From a virus: a DNA stretch of 64,000 nucleotides. The notes beneath the pieces were generated by a model, which was not told where the DNA came from, ran no database searches, and saw nothing but the letters and a program-made list of their open reading frames with translations. Shown piece by piece: positions 9,897 to 19,348 of this stretch (position 1 is the first letter of the stretch; the number at the start of each line of letters is the position of its first letter). The DNA is taken from the IMG/VR virus record IMGVR_UViG_3300045988_165974, positions 1 through 64,000 of that record; one strand, given 5' to 3'. A program made the translations under genes and the position numbers.

Positions 9897-12800
9897 CTAA
9901 ACTCTACTGATAAGGTCATCAAAACAATTTTCAATTTGTTTCTTAACTTCTGTTGCTATTTCAGTTGGATTGCCTGTTCCAGTAACCTTAATTTCAATAT
10001 CTCCTACATTTAATGTTTTATTAGTAACTTTAGTTAATTTATCTGCATTTAAGGAAGCTCCTTTGCCATAATCAGTCAATCCTAATCCGTTTAAAATATC
10101 TGGATATTCTTTCATAATATCCATAGCTGCTTGAAGATTTCCAACAAGTTCTGTTTTAACTTTATCTGCCATGATTCCAATTGCATCTCCAGAGCTTTCT
10201 GCAAACTCTAGCATAGTATTTTGTAAATCACTAACTTCTCCATTGATAGATGTAAATAAACCTGTATTAAGAGCTTGAGCAACCATATCTGCAATCTTAC
10301 TATCTGTCCATTCTTCATCTAATTTAGTTTGAGCTTTTTCAGATTCATCTTGAATTCTTTCAATTTGTTTATCAAATAAGTCAGAAACCAATTCATCTTT
10401 TCTATTGTTTATAATGTCATCTAAACTCTTTTGTTCATCTTTTAAGTCATCTAAAAGTTCACTAACTTTCGCTTTTGCACTAAGACTATTATCTTTACTA
10501 TATCTATCTATGTTTTTATTTATTTCTGCAATCTTATCTTGTTGTTTCTTTAAATCTTCTTCATATGAATTAGTTTTCTTTTGATTTTCATAAGCTTCTT
10601 TAACTTTATTTATTGCCTCAACTTCTGCATCTGACTGTTTCTTAATTTCGTCTTTTCGTTTTTCGATTTGGTCTTTATAGATTTTTGTTATTTCATCTTC
10701 AATATCTTTTGTTATATCTAATTTATCGTCATAAATATCCTTAATTGTATTTCCAAGTTCTTCCCATTCTTTACGAGCATCAGGAAGTTTCCCTGTCTGA
10801 ATATCTATAAACTCTTCCATTAAATCAGTAACTTTTTCTAAATCCTCACTATTTTGTAATGCATCTAAGGCATCTTTTTGATTTGTAATATTATTATCTG
10901 AATCAAATTCAAATCCATATTTTCCTAAATCTTCTTTATATACTTTAATCATTTTATCATAGTTATCTATGAGTTGTTGTTGTTTGTCTTGTTGTTGTTT
11001 AAGTAAATCTATTTGTTGATTATATAATTTTAATTTTTCATTTCCGAAAGCATGTTGCATTTTTGTACTCAATAAATCATATTTATCTCCTAATATATCC
11101 AATTGAGTATCAATCTCTGTTATGCTATTTTTATACATATAAAGCTTATTTTCACGAACTAATTTTTCTATTTCATCATTATTTTCTGCAATCTTATTAT
11201 TAAGTTCTTCCCATTCATTACTAGCCTCAAATATTTTATCATTATGTAAATCTAAATATTCTTGTGCAAGATTCTTAACTTTGTCTAATTTTTCAGAATA
11301 TTCATCAGATGCTTTTTGAGCTGCATCTGCTTGTTTTTCTAATGACTTTTTAGTTTTTTTACTAGTTTCAGATTCTGCTTTTGCTTGTTTCTTAGCTTGT
11401 TTTATTTTTTCTTTTTGTTTTTTAGTTAATTTCTTGCTACTAGTATCATATTTATCACTATCAACACTACTACTTTTAGTTTCATAATTTGATGCTTTAT
11501 CAGATGCTTTTTTTGCCGCATCTTCTAATTCTTTTGCTTTTCTTTCCATTTTAAGCATAGTTTCTTCATATGCTCTTAAATTACCTTGTGCATCAAATTT
11601 AAAACCATAGTCTTTTAGATTCTCTCTAAGAACTTCTTTTTCTCTATATAGATTGTCATAAAGCTCTGATTGAAGTTTTTGTTGTTCTTCATATAATGCA
11701 TTTTGTTTTTCAAGATATTCTATCTTTTTAGTTCCAACGGCTCTTTCCATTTTAGTATCTAATAAAGTTAATTTATTATTTACTTTAGTGATTCTATTTT
11801 CAAGTTCTTGGAATAATTCTACTCCATATTCAATAGAATCTAATATGTTCTTCACAGATGTATTTATTTTTGTAGGAACGGTTGTATTAACTCCTATTTC
11901 TCCAAGGTCTAATCTAGTACTTTTTGATTTCATACTAACTTTAGAGATTGCTTTCGAAGTAGTTGCAAGTGTATCTGCATATGTAGAAATACCACTAGCT
12001 GTTTCATCTCCTATGGTTGGAGCTGATAATAACGAGATTCCTGGATTTGAAAATGTAGAAAATACAGCTGGAGTTTGATTTGTTGTTTCATCCATAGACA
12101 TTGGCCCATAAGCAGAACCTCCACTAGAACTGCTTCCACTACCACCACTACCACTACTACTTTGTCTATTTACTTTTAAAGTTGTAGTAAATGTTTTTCC
12201 TGCATATTTAGATACATAATCTGCTAAATTATTTTTAAGACCTGTAACATTTTTAGATGCCAAAGCCGTAATTGCATTAAATCTAGTAGTAAATGTTTTA
12301 TGATATCTTTTAACATAATCTGAAATATTTCTTTTAAGACCTGTAACGTTTTTAGATGCCTGTGCAGTTTCAGTCCTGAATGTTGTTTTAGGTGATTTCT
12401 TAACAGAGCTAATATATCTTTTTACATTATTTCTAAGTCCTGTGACATTCTTAGACGCTTGTGCAGTTTCTATGCGGATTGTTTTACTAGGCATGTCTTG
12501 GAAGGCTTTAGAAAGGTCATTAACACTTTTTGTTAATGTATCTAAATTATCTAGGGCATCCTTAGTGTCTGTTACGAATGATATTTTATATTCTCCGTCC
12601 TTAAGCTTAGTAGAATATTTAATTAATTCTTTATAATCTTCAACAGAACCTTCTAATTCTCCCTTATTAACTTTTACACTAACATCTTTTTTACTTGTTT
12701 CTTCTGCGGCTTTTCCAAGTTTTTCAGTTGATTTAGTAAGACTATCTATTTTTTGTTGACTGATACTTAAATTTCCATCTTTATCTAAGTCTATTCCGTA

Positions 12801-14369
12801 ATTTTTCTTTTGTTCGTCAGGTAATTTATTGAACCATTCAATAAAATCTTTAAGACTCATTCCAGAGAATTCTCCATAATTCTCTTCAATTAATTGCATA
12901 ACAAGTTGTTTTTTATCGTTAGGAAACATATTTATTATTTCTTCAAATAATTTCATGTTTTCTATTCCTTCAACTTTGCCCTCTATAAATAATTTTTTAA
13001 TAGATTTGCTATCGTTTAATGAACTAAATTCAGATAATTGATTCTCAATCGATTTCTTAACTTCCTCTTTATTATTAACTTTTGGGTCAACTGAAACATT
13101 CCATTGAACTCCTTTTCCTTTATTCCAGTCGTTCATTTGTCTTAACATATCTTGTGATAAAACAGTTTCTCCATTAAGTTGTAATCCAACTTTAAGATTT
13201 GCTATTTCGTCATCTGTAAGTTGTCCATTTAAAACTTTTCTTAAAATATCAGAATTTGTAGCATCAAATTCCCCTTCACTAGATACTTTTGTAACTAACG
13301 ATAAAGCGATTTGTAACTCTTGTTCTGAAACATTTTTTCCGTCATCTAAAGTTCCTTTTAATATTGATTGAACTTGTGGAGATAATTTGTCAAATCCCCC
13401 ACCGTCTCTCATATTAATTAAGAAATCTATAGATGCATCTTTATCTCCTTGGAATGAAGCTAAGTCACTTAATAATTGATTATTCGCATCCCATTGTGCT
13501 TTTAATTTAACAGTAAAATCATATGAGGGAGATTCGCTATCTATATAGTCTTGAAGTGAAACTCCATAATTTTTAAGGAATTCGTTTAAAGCTGCTTTAT
13601 CTCCTTCTAAACTACCATTAAATTCGGGAGTTAATCCTATAACCCAGTCTTCTGAACTGATATTAGTTACTTTAGCTAATTCATCTGCAACACCTTTTAT
13701 TGCATTTTTATAAGATTCCAAATCTCCTGTTTGTTGATAGGCACTTTGAGCTTTTCTTATTTTTTCATTCCAGTCATTGATAACATTACCTTGACCTTTC
13801 ATCGCCTCACTAATATCATCAAAAGCATCTATGAATTTATTTTTACCTGTTTCATCTAAAACAGGATTGCTTACCCAGTTAAAATTATTAACTAAGTTTT
13901 GCATACTTGCCTTAGCTTGGTCACTAAGTTTATCATAATTTTGAGAATAAAAACTATCAGAAAGCTTATTTATAACCTCTTGTTGAACTTCTTTATCTAT
14001 CTCTAATAACTCTTTATTTTTATCTGCTAATTCTTTATTGTATTCATCTGCTGCTTTATTTCTTTCAGTTAGGAATTTTATATAGTTATCTAAACCTGTT
14101 TTCATGTCAGTACTTTCACCAAAAGCAGATTTAAGTCCACTTATCGCACTGTTCATTTTGTCCAGTTTTGGAGCAGAATAAGTCCAACCATTTTTGATTT
14201 CATTTGCTCTAGCAGTCCCTGCATTTCCTAATGCATTTTCTTGAGTTTTTGTTAATCTTTCTTGTTCTTTTATTGTTTCTTGTAATTCTTTTTTGTAGTC
14301 TTCTAAACTACCAGTAAGTGCTAAAATGGGGTTCTGATTCTCGTCATACGGTTTCTTCATATAAGTTCG
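9897..14369 (-). CDS. tail tape measure protein, exon 4 of 4 (C-terminal ~1490 aa)
   Basis: Long coiled-coil ORF with three near-identical repeats (TAQASKNVTGL[RK]NN...), a GS-rich linker and repeated YGF[EK]FD[AS] segments. The frame stays open 9 nt upstream of the annotated ATG, up to the intron terminal G. The 5' boundary is uncertain by a few nt. Confidence 0.75.
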   Translation of the reverse strand, partial: RTYMKKPYDENQNPILALTGSLEDYKKELQETIKEQERLTKTQENALGNAGTARANEIKNGWTYSAPKLDKMNSAISGLKSAFGESTDMKTGLDNYIKFLTERNKAADEYNKELADKNKELLEIDKEVQQEVINKLSDSFYSQNYDKLSDQAKASMQNLVNNFNWVSNPVLDETGKNKFIDAFDDISEAMKGQGNVINDWNEKIRKAQSAYQQTGDLESYKNAIKGVADELAKVTNISSEDWVIGLTPEFNGSLEGDKAALNEFLKNYGVSLQDYIDSESPSYDFTVKLKAQWDANNQLLSDLASFQGDKDASIDFLINMRDGGGFDKLSPQVQSILKGTLDDGKNVSEQELQIALSLVTKVSSEGEFDATNSDILRKVLNGQLTDDEIANLKVGLQLNGETVLSQDMLRQMNDWNKGKGVQWNVSVDPKVNNKEEVKKSIENQLSEFSSLNDSKSIKKLFIEGKVEGIENMKLFEEIINMFPNDKKQLVMQLIEENYGEFSGMSLKDFIEWFNKLPDEQKKNYGIDLDKDGNLSISQQKIDSLTKSTEKLGKAAEETSKKDVSVKVNKGELEGSVEDYKELIKYSTKLKDGEYKISFVTDTKDALDNLDTLTKSVNDLSKAFQDMPSKTIRIETAQASKNVTGLRNNVKRYISSVKKSPKTTFRTETAQASKNVTGLKRNISDYVKRYHKTFTTRFNAITALASKNVTGLKNNLADYVSKYAGKTFTTTLKVNRQSSSGSGGSGSSSSGGSAYGPMSMDETTNQTPAVFSTFSNPGISLLSAPTIGDETASGISTYADTLATTSKAISKVSMKSKSTRLDLGEIGVNTTVPTKINTSVKNILDSIEYGVELFQELENRITKVNNKLTLLDTKMERAVGTKKIEYLEKQNALYEEQQKLQSELYDNLYREKEVLRENLKDYGFKFDAQGNLRAYEETMLKMERKAKELEDAAKKASDKASNYETKSSSVDSDKYDTSSKKLTKKQKEKIKQAKKQAKAESETSKKTKKSLEKQADAAQKASDEYSEKLDKVKNLAQEYLDLHNDKIFEASNEWEELNNKIAENNDEIEKLVRENKLYMYKNSITEIDTQLDILGDKYDLLSTKMQHAFGNEKLKLYNQQIDLLKQQQDKQQQLIDNYDKMIKVYKEDLGKYGFEFDSDNNITNQKDALDALQNSEDLEKVTDLMEEFIDIQTGKLPDARKEWEELGNTIKDIYDDKLDITKDIEDEITKIYKDQIEKRKDEIKKQSDAEVEAINKVKEAYENQKKTNSYEEDLKKQQDKIAEINKNIDRYSKDNSLSAKAKVSELLDDLKDEQKSLDDIINNRKDELVSDLFDKQIERIQDESEKAQTKLDEEWTDSKIADMVAQALNTGLFTSINGEVSDLQNTMLEFAESSGDAIGIMADKVKTELVGNLQAAMDIMKEYPDILNGLGLTDYGKGASLNADKLTKVTNKTLNVGDIEIKVTGTGNPTEIATEVKKQIENCFDDLISRV

Positions 14370-15735
14370 CTACACTTATACAGTTCTCTTATGAACTTCC
14401 CTATGTTGCCATAGGAGTCGAGACTATATCTTCATCCTCATATGAGGAGCATACCTTTTCCATTTAAGGGGTTCTCACCCACTCGCTTGAGCCGTACTCC
14501 TATTGCCTATTTCAAGGCTACTCACCAATATAATTGGCTTTCGGATAGTCGTTGAAGTTTATTCTTGTTTATTATAAAATAGTAAATTTTCAGATAATAT
14601 TTTTTCAATATTTTTATAATCCCAATAAGGAATTCTAATTATTTTCCAATTATTTTCTTTAGCATATGTGTTTTTCCTTTTGTCATGTATTTTTAATCTT
14701 TCAAAACATTCTTTGTCTAATCTATTGTCGTAATGAAACTCTCCATCATATTCTATCCAAACTTTTTTATCGGGAATAATAAAATCTGGGCGAAGACGAT
14801 TTCCTCCTACTCCAATTAAGTCTTTAAAATACTCTTTATCATGAATATAATGTATTTTATTTTTATCCAAAAAATTCATTATTCTTTTTTCTCCTTTGGA
14901 TATTTTGCAATAAGGACAATCATCACTTGTTTTTAATTTATTCCAACTTCTTTCAAAAATATGTCCATTAGAACATTTTATTTTAAGTTTTTGATGTGCA
15001 TTGATATATTTTGTTGTTAACAATTGTAAATTTCTTTCTTTTAAAAATTTTTGAACTATAAATATATCAACACTATGTCTTCCGCCAAGACAATAAGGAC
15101 ATTCTATTTTATTTCCTCTTTCTAATAAATTTTTTGTTCTAAAAAACCTATGTCCGTTTTCACATTCAATTTCTAATTTTTCTTTTGCATTTTTATATTC
15201 TTTAGAAATAAGTTTAAACCCGTTTATTTCAACAAAATCTTTTATTTCTTTATATTTTGGTTTTCTGCTAATTGAACATTCTGGACATCTAGTTCCCTTT
15301 AAAGCAACATTTCCTTTGAAATTTTTAAAACAAACATCATAAATGTGTCCGTTTGGACACTTTATTTTAATTCTCGAATTTAATCCTTTTTCTTTTATCA
15401 TTTCAATATATTCATAATTATTATCTTCAACATATTTTCTTATAGTATCTTCATACCGAATCTTTTTCATGATATCACCTCCTATTGATTAATATTATCC
15501 AAAATTTTATTTTTACTTTTTTTATTTATAATAAATTTAGAATCTTACCTGCGTGATTACCTATTGTTACGATTACTTAGGATTTAACCTTATAATCAAT
15601 TTAATATTTTTTTCTGCTTTCGCAACATTCACACTTGCCATTTCTCGCTATGTTGTAGTATATTAAATATTAAGGATTTCCCGCAATTAAATATGTGTAC
15701 AAGGCTGGTTACCCAACCTCTTGGCTATATCACTA
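14370..15735 (-). mobile_element. group-I-like intron (TMP intron 3, family A) carrying a homing endonuclease ORF
   Basis: Interrupts the TMP frame. The 5' exon ends GGT. The intron ends ...GTGTAG. The non-coding flanks 14361-14558 and 15471-15732 are near-repeats of 16480-16626 and 17797-18050. The internal ORF has its own AGGAGG RBS. Confidence 0.65.
14559..15470 (-). CDS. intron-encoded homing endonuclease: tandem zinc-ribbon repeats plus C-terminal PD-(D/E)xK (Vsr/DUF559-like) nuclease
   Basis: Repeated C-x-x-GH...CP-x-C modules. The C-terminus RPDFIIPDKKVWIEYDGEFHY...IIRIPYW is shared with the ORFs at 16627 and 35726. RBS is AGGAGGTGATATC-ATG. Confidence 0.65.
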   Translation of the reverse strand: MKKIRYEDTIRKYVEDNNYEYIEMIKEKGLNSRIKIKCPNGHIYDVCFKNFKGNVALKGTRCPECSISRKPKYKEIKDFVEINGFKLISKEYKNAKEKLEIECENGHRFFRTKNLLERGNKIECPYCLGGRHSVDIFIVQKFLKERNLQLLTTKYINAHQKLKIKCSNGHIFERSWNKLKTSDDCPYCKISKGEKRIMNFLDKNKIHYIHDKEYFKDLIGVGGNRLRPDFIIPDKKVWIEYDGEFHYDNRLDKECFERLKIHDKRKNTYAKENNWKIIRIPYWDYKNIEKILSENLLFYNKQE

Positions 15736-16488
15736 ACCACTAACTAAATCAGGGAACATGTCTGCAACCTGTTGTTTTAAATCATTAAATCTTTCTAATT
15801 CATCGGAACTTAATTTAGTCTTACCTGCTAATTTATCATACTCTTTTGCAATACTACTAAGTGATTTAGCATTTTGTCTCAAACTACTAGTTTCACTTTG
15901 AGTAGTTTCTAATGAGCTTTTTATTTCATCGTGAGTATCTTTAAGTTTGTTTTTAGCCTCTATAAGCTTTTGAATTAACTTACTTAAAGCATACATAGCT
16001 AATCCAATTAAAGCTCCTTGTAAAAGTCCACTTGCAGTTTGTAGAAGTCTTTCTTTTAACATAAATTGTTGAGCTGCTCCACTAACTAAACCGAAAGAAG
16101 CTCTCAATTTATTCATTATTCCGACTTGTCCACTCATTGCTTGTCTTAAAGCACCCATTTTGGTACTTAGTCCAGTATAATAACTTAATTGTCTTGTCTG
16201 AACTCCGCCTACATTTTCAATATTAACACTAGCTCCCCATACTTTACTTAATGACTTAAAAGCAGAAACTACTGCTAATATAGTAGGAACAGTTGAACCC
16301 ATTTTGTTCATCCAATTTACTAAGCTTTGTATTTTTTCAGATATAGCAATTAATACATCTACTCCACTCTTTAGTGATTCTCCACTAAGAATAGTTGTAA
16401 AGACATCTGTCCAAATTGTTTTCAATTCGTTTAATTTACCAGCTAAAGAATTTACATATCTTTCATTCGTTATGTTCATATAGACTCG
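15736..16488 (-). CDS. tail tape measure protein, exon 3 of 4 (hydrophobic core segment)
   Basis: NERYVNSLAGKLNELKTIWTDVF... followed by hydrophobic stretches typical of TMP cores. Bounded by family A intron sequence on both sides. Length 753 nt, phase 0. Boundaries are uncertain by a few nt. Confidence 0.7.
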
Positions 16489-18059
16489 CTACATCTATAC
16501 AGTTCTCTTATGAACTTCCTTATCTTTCAATAAGTGTCCAGACTATTTCTTCACCTTCACCATTATGTGTTAAGGGCATACCTTTTCCATTTAAGGGGTT
16601 CTCACCCACTCGCTTGAGCCGTACTCCTATTGATGTGATTTAACATCCCCTGGGATAGTCGTTGAAGTTTGTTCTTGTTTATTACAATTTAAAAGTTTTT
16701 CTGTTAAGATTTGTTCTATGTTATCATAATTAAAATATGGAATTCTTAATAAATCAATGTTATTTTGTTTACAATAAATATTTTTTATTGTATCTCTAAT
16801 TTTTATTTCAATAAAATCGTCAATTTCATTATAAAAACTATCAATCTCATAATGTTGTTTTCCATCATATTCAATACATAAATTTAAAGAAGGAATATAA
16901 AAATCAAATGGAAGTGGTCTTTTGTATTTACAATCTTTAAACTTATATTGTTCAATATATTCAATATTATTATTATTTAAAAAATTAGAAATGCTTGTCT
17001 CCCCTTTAGATTTATTACAAATCGGACACCTGTTTCCACTATAAAAATGATTTAAATCAGAAGTATAAATATGTCCTTTACCGCACTTAAATTTAATTTT
17101 TGTACTTCCGTTAATATATTCTTCTTTCGGAGTCAATATTTTAAATCCAAATTTCTCAATATATTCTACTCTTTTTTCATAAGGAATTATTTTTTTCTTT
17201 CCTCTATTTAATTCAAAACAATTAGGACATCCACTCCCTGATTTTAAATTATGAATTGTAGGATAAAATATATGATTACATTTTTTACATTTAACTTTAA
17301 TTGGTAAATCATTTGATTTATAATCTTCATCTATCCATTCCAAATTTTTTAACTGTAAAATTTTTAGAATGGATTCTTTATTTAATCTTTGTTTACTTAC
17401 AACTTCTTCTGTTGCACATTTTTTACATTTATGTCCTTTAAATAAATCTAATGGAATTTGATAATATATATGACCTTTGTCGCATTGGATTTTGCATTTA
17501 TCAGAAGCTTTGGTGTATTCGTCTTTTGAAGTCAATAATTTATATCCTAAATTAGCTATTTTATTTTTTACTTCTTCATAAGGCATTATTTGAGCTTTTG
17601 TAAGAATGTTTTTAATACAATTATTACACATGTATTTTTTACTTTTATTCATGACTTTTAAAGTTTTTTCAAATACGTTTCCGCATTTGCATTTTATTTT
17701 TAATGTAGTTGTTGTATTTTTATATTCAGATAATAATTTACATCCATGTTTTTCTAATAAAATTTTAACTTCTTCTTGAGTATATCTTTTCGACATATCA
17801 TTCCTCCTTTCTATATTTTAATTATAACATAAATCTAACCTTTTGTAATAAATTTAGAACTTTACTTGCATGAACTTCCATTGTGATATAATAATTACTT
17901 TAATTATATCTAGGCACTTAGGATTTAACCTTATGCCTATCCTTACTTTGTTTCTACTTTCGTCCCATCATATTGTGATTTCTCCAATATTGTGGTGTAA
18001 GGCTCTTAGGTTGTACCTGCAATTAAATATGTGTCCTATGCACATTTCTGTACATACGG
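16489..18059 (-). mobile_element. group-I-like intron (TMP intron 2, family A) carrying a homing endonuclease ORF
   Basis: Its non-coding parts are homologous to TMP intron 3 (shared ACACATATTTAATTGC, AAGGTTAAATCCTAAG, GGAGTACGGCTCAAGCGAGTGGGTGAGAACCCCTTAAATGGAAAAGGTATGC on the minus strand). It ends ...GATGTAG. The 5' splice site is ambiguous (18059/18060 or 18086/18087). Confidence 0.6.
16627..17796 (-). CDS. intron-encoded homing endonuclease: zinc-ribbon repeats plus PD-(D/E)xK-like nuclease (paralog of 14559..15470)
   Basis: 389 aa. It has five or more Cys-pair modules and the C-terminus RPLPFDFYIPSLNLCIEYDGKQHY...LLRIPYFNY. RBS is AAAGGAGGAATGAT-ATG. Confidence 0.65.
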   Translation of the reverse strand: MSKRYTQEEVKILLEKHGCKLLSEYKNTTTTLKIKCKCGNVFEKTLKVMNKSKKYMCNNCIKNILTKAQIMPYEEVKNKIANLGYKLLTSKDEYTKASDKCKIQCDKGHIYYQIPLDLFKGHKCKKCATEEVVSKQRLNKESILKILQLKNLEWIDEDYKSNDLPIKVKCKKCNHIFYPTIHNLKSGSGCPNCFELNRGKKKIIPYEKRVEYIEKFGFKILTPKEEYINGSTKIKFKCGKGHIYTSDLNHFYSGNRCPICNKSKGETSISNFLNNNNIEYIEQYKFKDCKYKRPLPFDFYIPSLNLCIEYDGKQHYEIDSFYNEIDDFIEIKIRDTIKNIYCKQNNIDLLRIPYFNYDNIEQILTEKLLNCNKQEQTSTTIPGDVKSHQ

Positions 18060-18179
18060 AGAATGTTGTTTCTCTTGTTCGGCAGAACCAAATTGTTCTC
18101 CATTTGCAAATTCTTCTCTTAATTCCATGAATTTATCATAGTTTTGCATTAAGGCTTGAAAGACTGTAGCTTGCTGTTT
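18060..18179 (-). CDS. tail tape measure protein, exon 2 of 4 (micro-exon, ~31-40 aa)
   Basis: Own translation of the minus strand: KQQATVFQALMQNYDKFMELREEFANGEQFG(SAEQEKQHS). It joins ...LSEAIAG from exon 1 to give the TMP-core-like AIAGKQQ..FQALMQNYD. Absent from the ORF track because it has no start or stop. The 3' end may instead be 18087. Confidence 0.6.
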
Positions 18180-19348
18180 CGATTGTTATTAACATGAAGT
18201 TTTTTATCTTCATCTCTGGAGGTTTCCCTCATTTGATAAAATAGCCAATCTTATCTTATCGGTTGGTCAATTCCAACCCAGTCTAGCATATCTTTTGTAC
18301 TCATAACTTAAACCTCTAAGCAACGAGGACTCTTGGAGATATTATATTCTGTATAACAGTTTCAATCTCTATGCGTTGCATGTGTTTAGTCTTTTAAAAC
18401 TATCGAAATATATCACTATATCTCTAGGTTTCCCAACTTCCATTCGGATTAGCAGTTAAGCCTTTCCGTTTTCTTCCTCGTTTCTCTCTCAACTCTTCAG
18501 AGGTAGTTGAGTTGAGTGGGCAAAATTATAATTATTTTATAAGTTTTTATATTTTTTGTATTTTTCATATTTTCGGTCTAAATAAATATTACTATTTGCA
18601 TAAATAAAATCAAGAAAAGATTCTATTTTTTGTTTTTCTCCAACAACAATTCTATATACTTCTTTACTTTTTGTTTTTGCAGAATATATTCTATTTTTAT
18701 CTATATTTGTTATTTTACATATATTTTCCAACATATCTTTAGTTCCAATTATATTAATTTCAAAAGTTTTATTTGTCCAACAAAAACAACCATCCCCATC
18801 GAAATATCCTCTAATAAAATGCCTTTGAAGTTCTTTGGGAACTTTATCCTCGTTTGGAAACATTAAAGTCAAAGATTTTTTGGGAATACACCCTAGATTT
18901 ATTAAAGCTTGATGCATATGTCTATTTTTAAAGCTAATTCGACATTTTATATCATTAATAACTATTTTGCCATCCCAATTTAAAAAATTTTTAAATTTTT
19001 GAATATGAGATTTATCTCTAACAGAAAGACCTATCTCTATATCTGTTCTATTATTGTTTCCAATGCAACCATCTGCATATAAAAAACCTAACCAATATGC
19101 TTTTTCTTCATTATCAATTTTATCGAACACATTTTCTTTTATAGTTTTCTTGTGTGGCAATCTTTTTACTTCAATTCCTTGCTTTTTTAAATATGTTGAA
19201 AATCTTCCTCTTGATATTTTTAAATCTTTAGAAATGCTACATAAAGATTTTCCATTTAGATACATTTCTTTTCCTAATTCATATTTATTATTCATATTTA
19301 TCTCCTATTTTTTATTTTTTAACTTATATTATAATTATAACCATATTT
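18180..19348 (-). mobile_element. group-I-like intron (TMP intron 1, family B) carrying a LAGLIDADG endonuclease ORF
   Basis: The 5' exon ends GCAGGT. The intron ends GTTAATAACAATCG. Its 3' 350 nt (18180-18536) is homologous to 35491-35725 and 38428-38677. Confidence 0.65.
18537..19295 (-). CDS. intron-encoded LAGLIDADG homing endonuclease (two-motif) with N-terminal HTH
   Basis: AYWLGFLYADGCI and FIRGYFDGDGCF are two LAGLIDADG motifs. The N-terminal SISKDLKISRGRFSTYLKK looks HTH-like. Close paralog of 37251..38087 (shared FDKIDNEEKAY.LGF.YADG). Confidence 0.8.
   Translation of the reverse strand: MNNKYELGKEMYLNGKSLCSISKDLKISRGRFSTYLKKQGIEVKRLPHKKTIKENVFDKIDNEEKAYWLGFLYADGCIGNNNRTDIEIGLSVRDKSHIQKFKNFLNWDGKIVINDIKCRISFKNRHMHQALINLGCIPKKSLTLMFPNEDKVPKELQRHFIRGYFDGDGCFCWTNKTFEINIIGTKDMLENICKITNIDKNRIYSAKTKSKEVYRIVVGEKQKIESFLDFIYANSNIYLDRKYEKYKKYKNL

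Noticed and set aside
16416-18130. Plus-strand ORFs 16416-16643 and 17870-18130
   Set aside because: They run across intron RNA, exon boundaries and the antisense of TMP exon 2. The intron homology and the exon-2 translation on the minus strand explain the sequence better.
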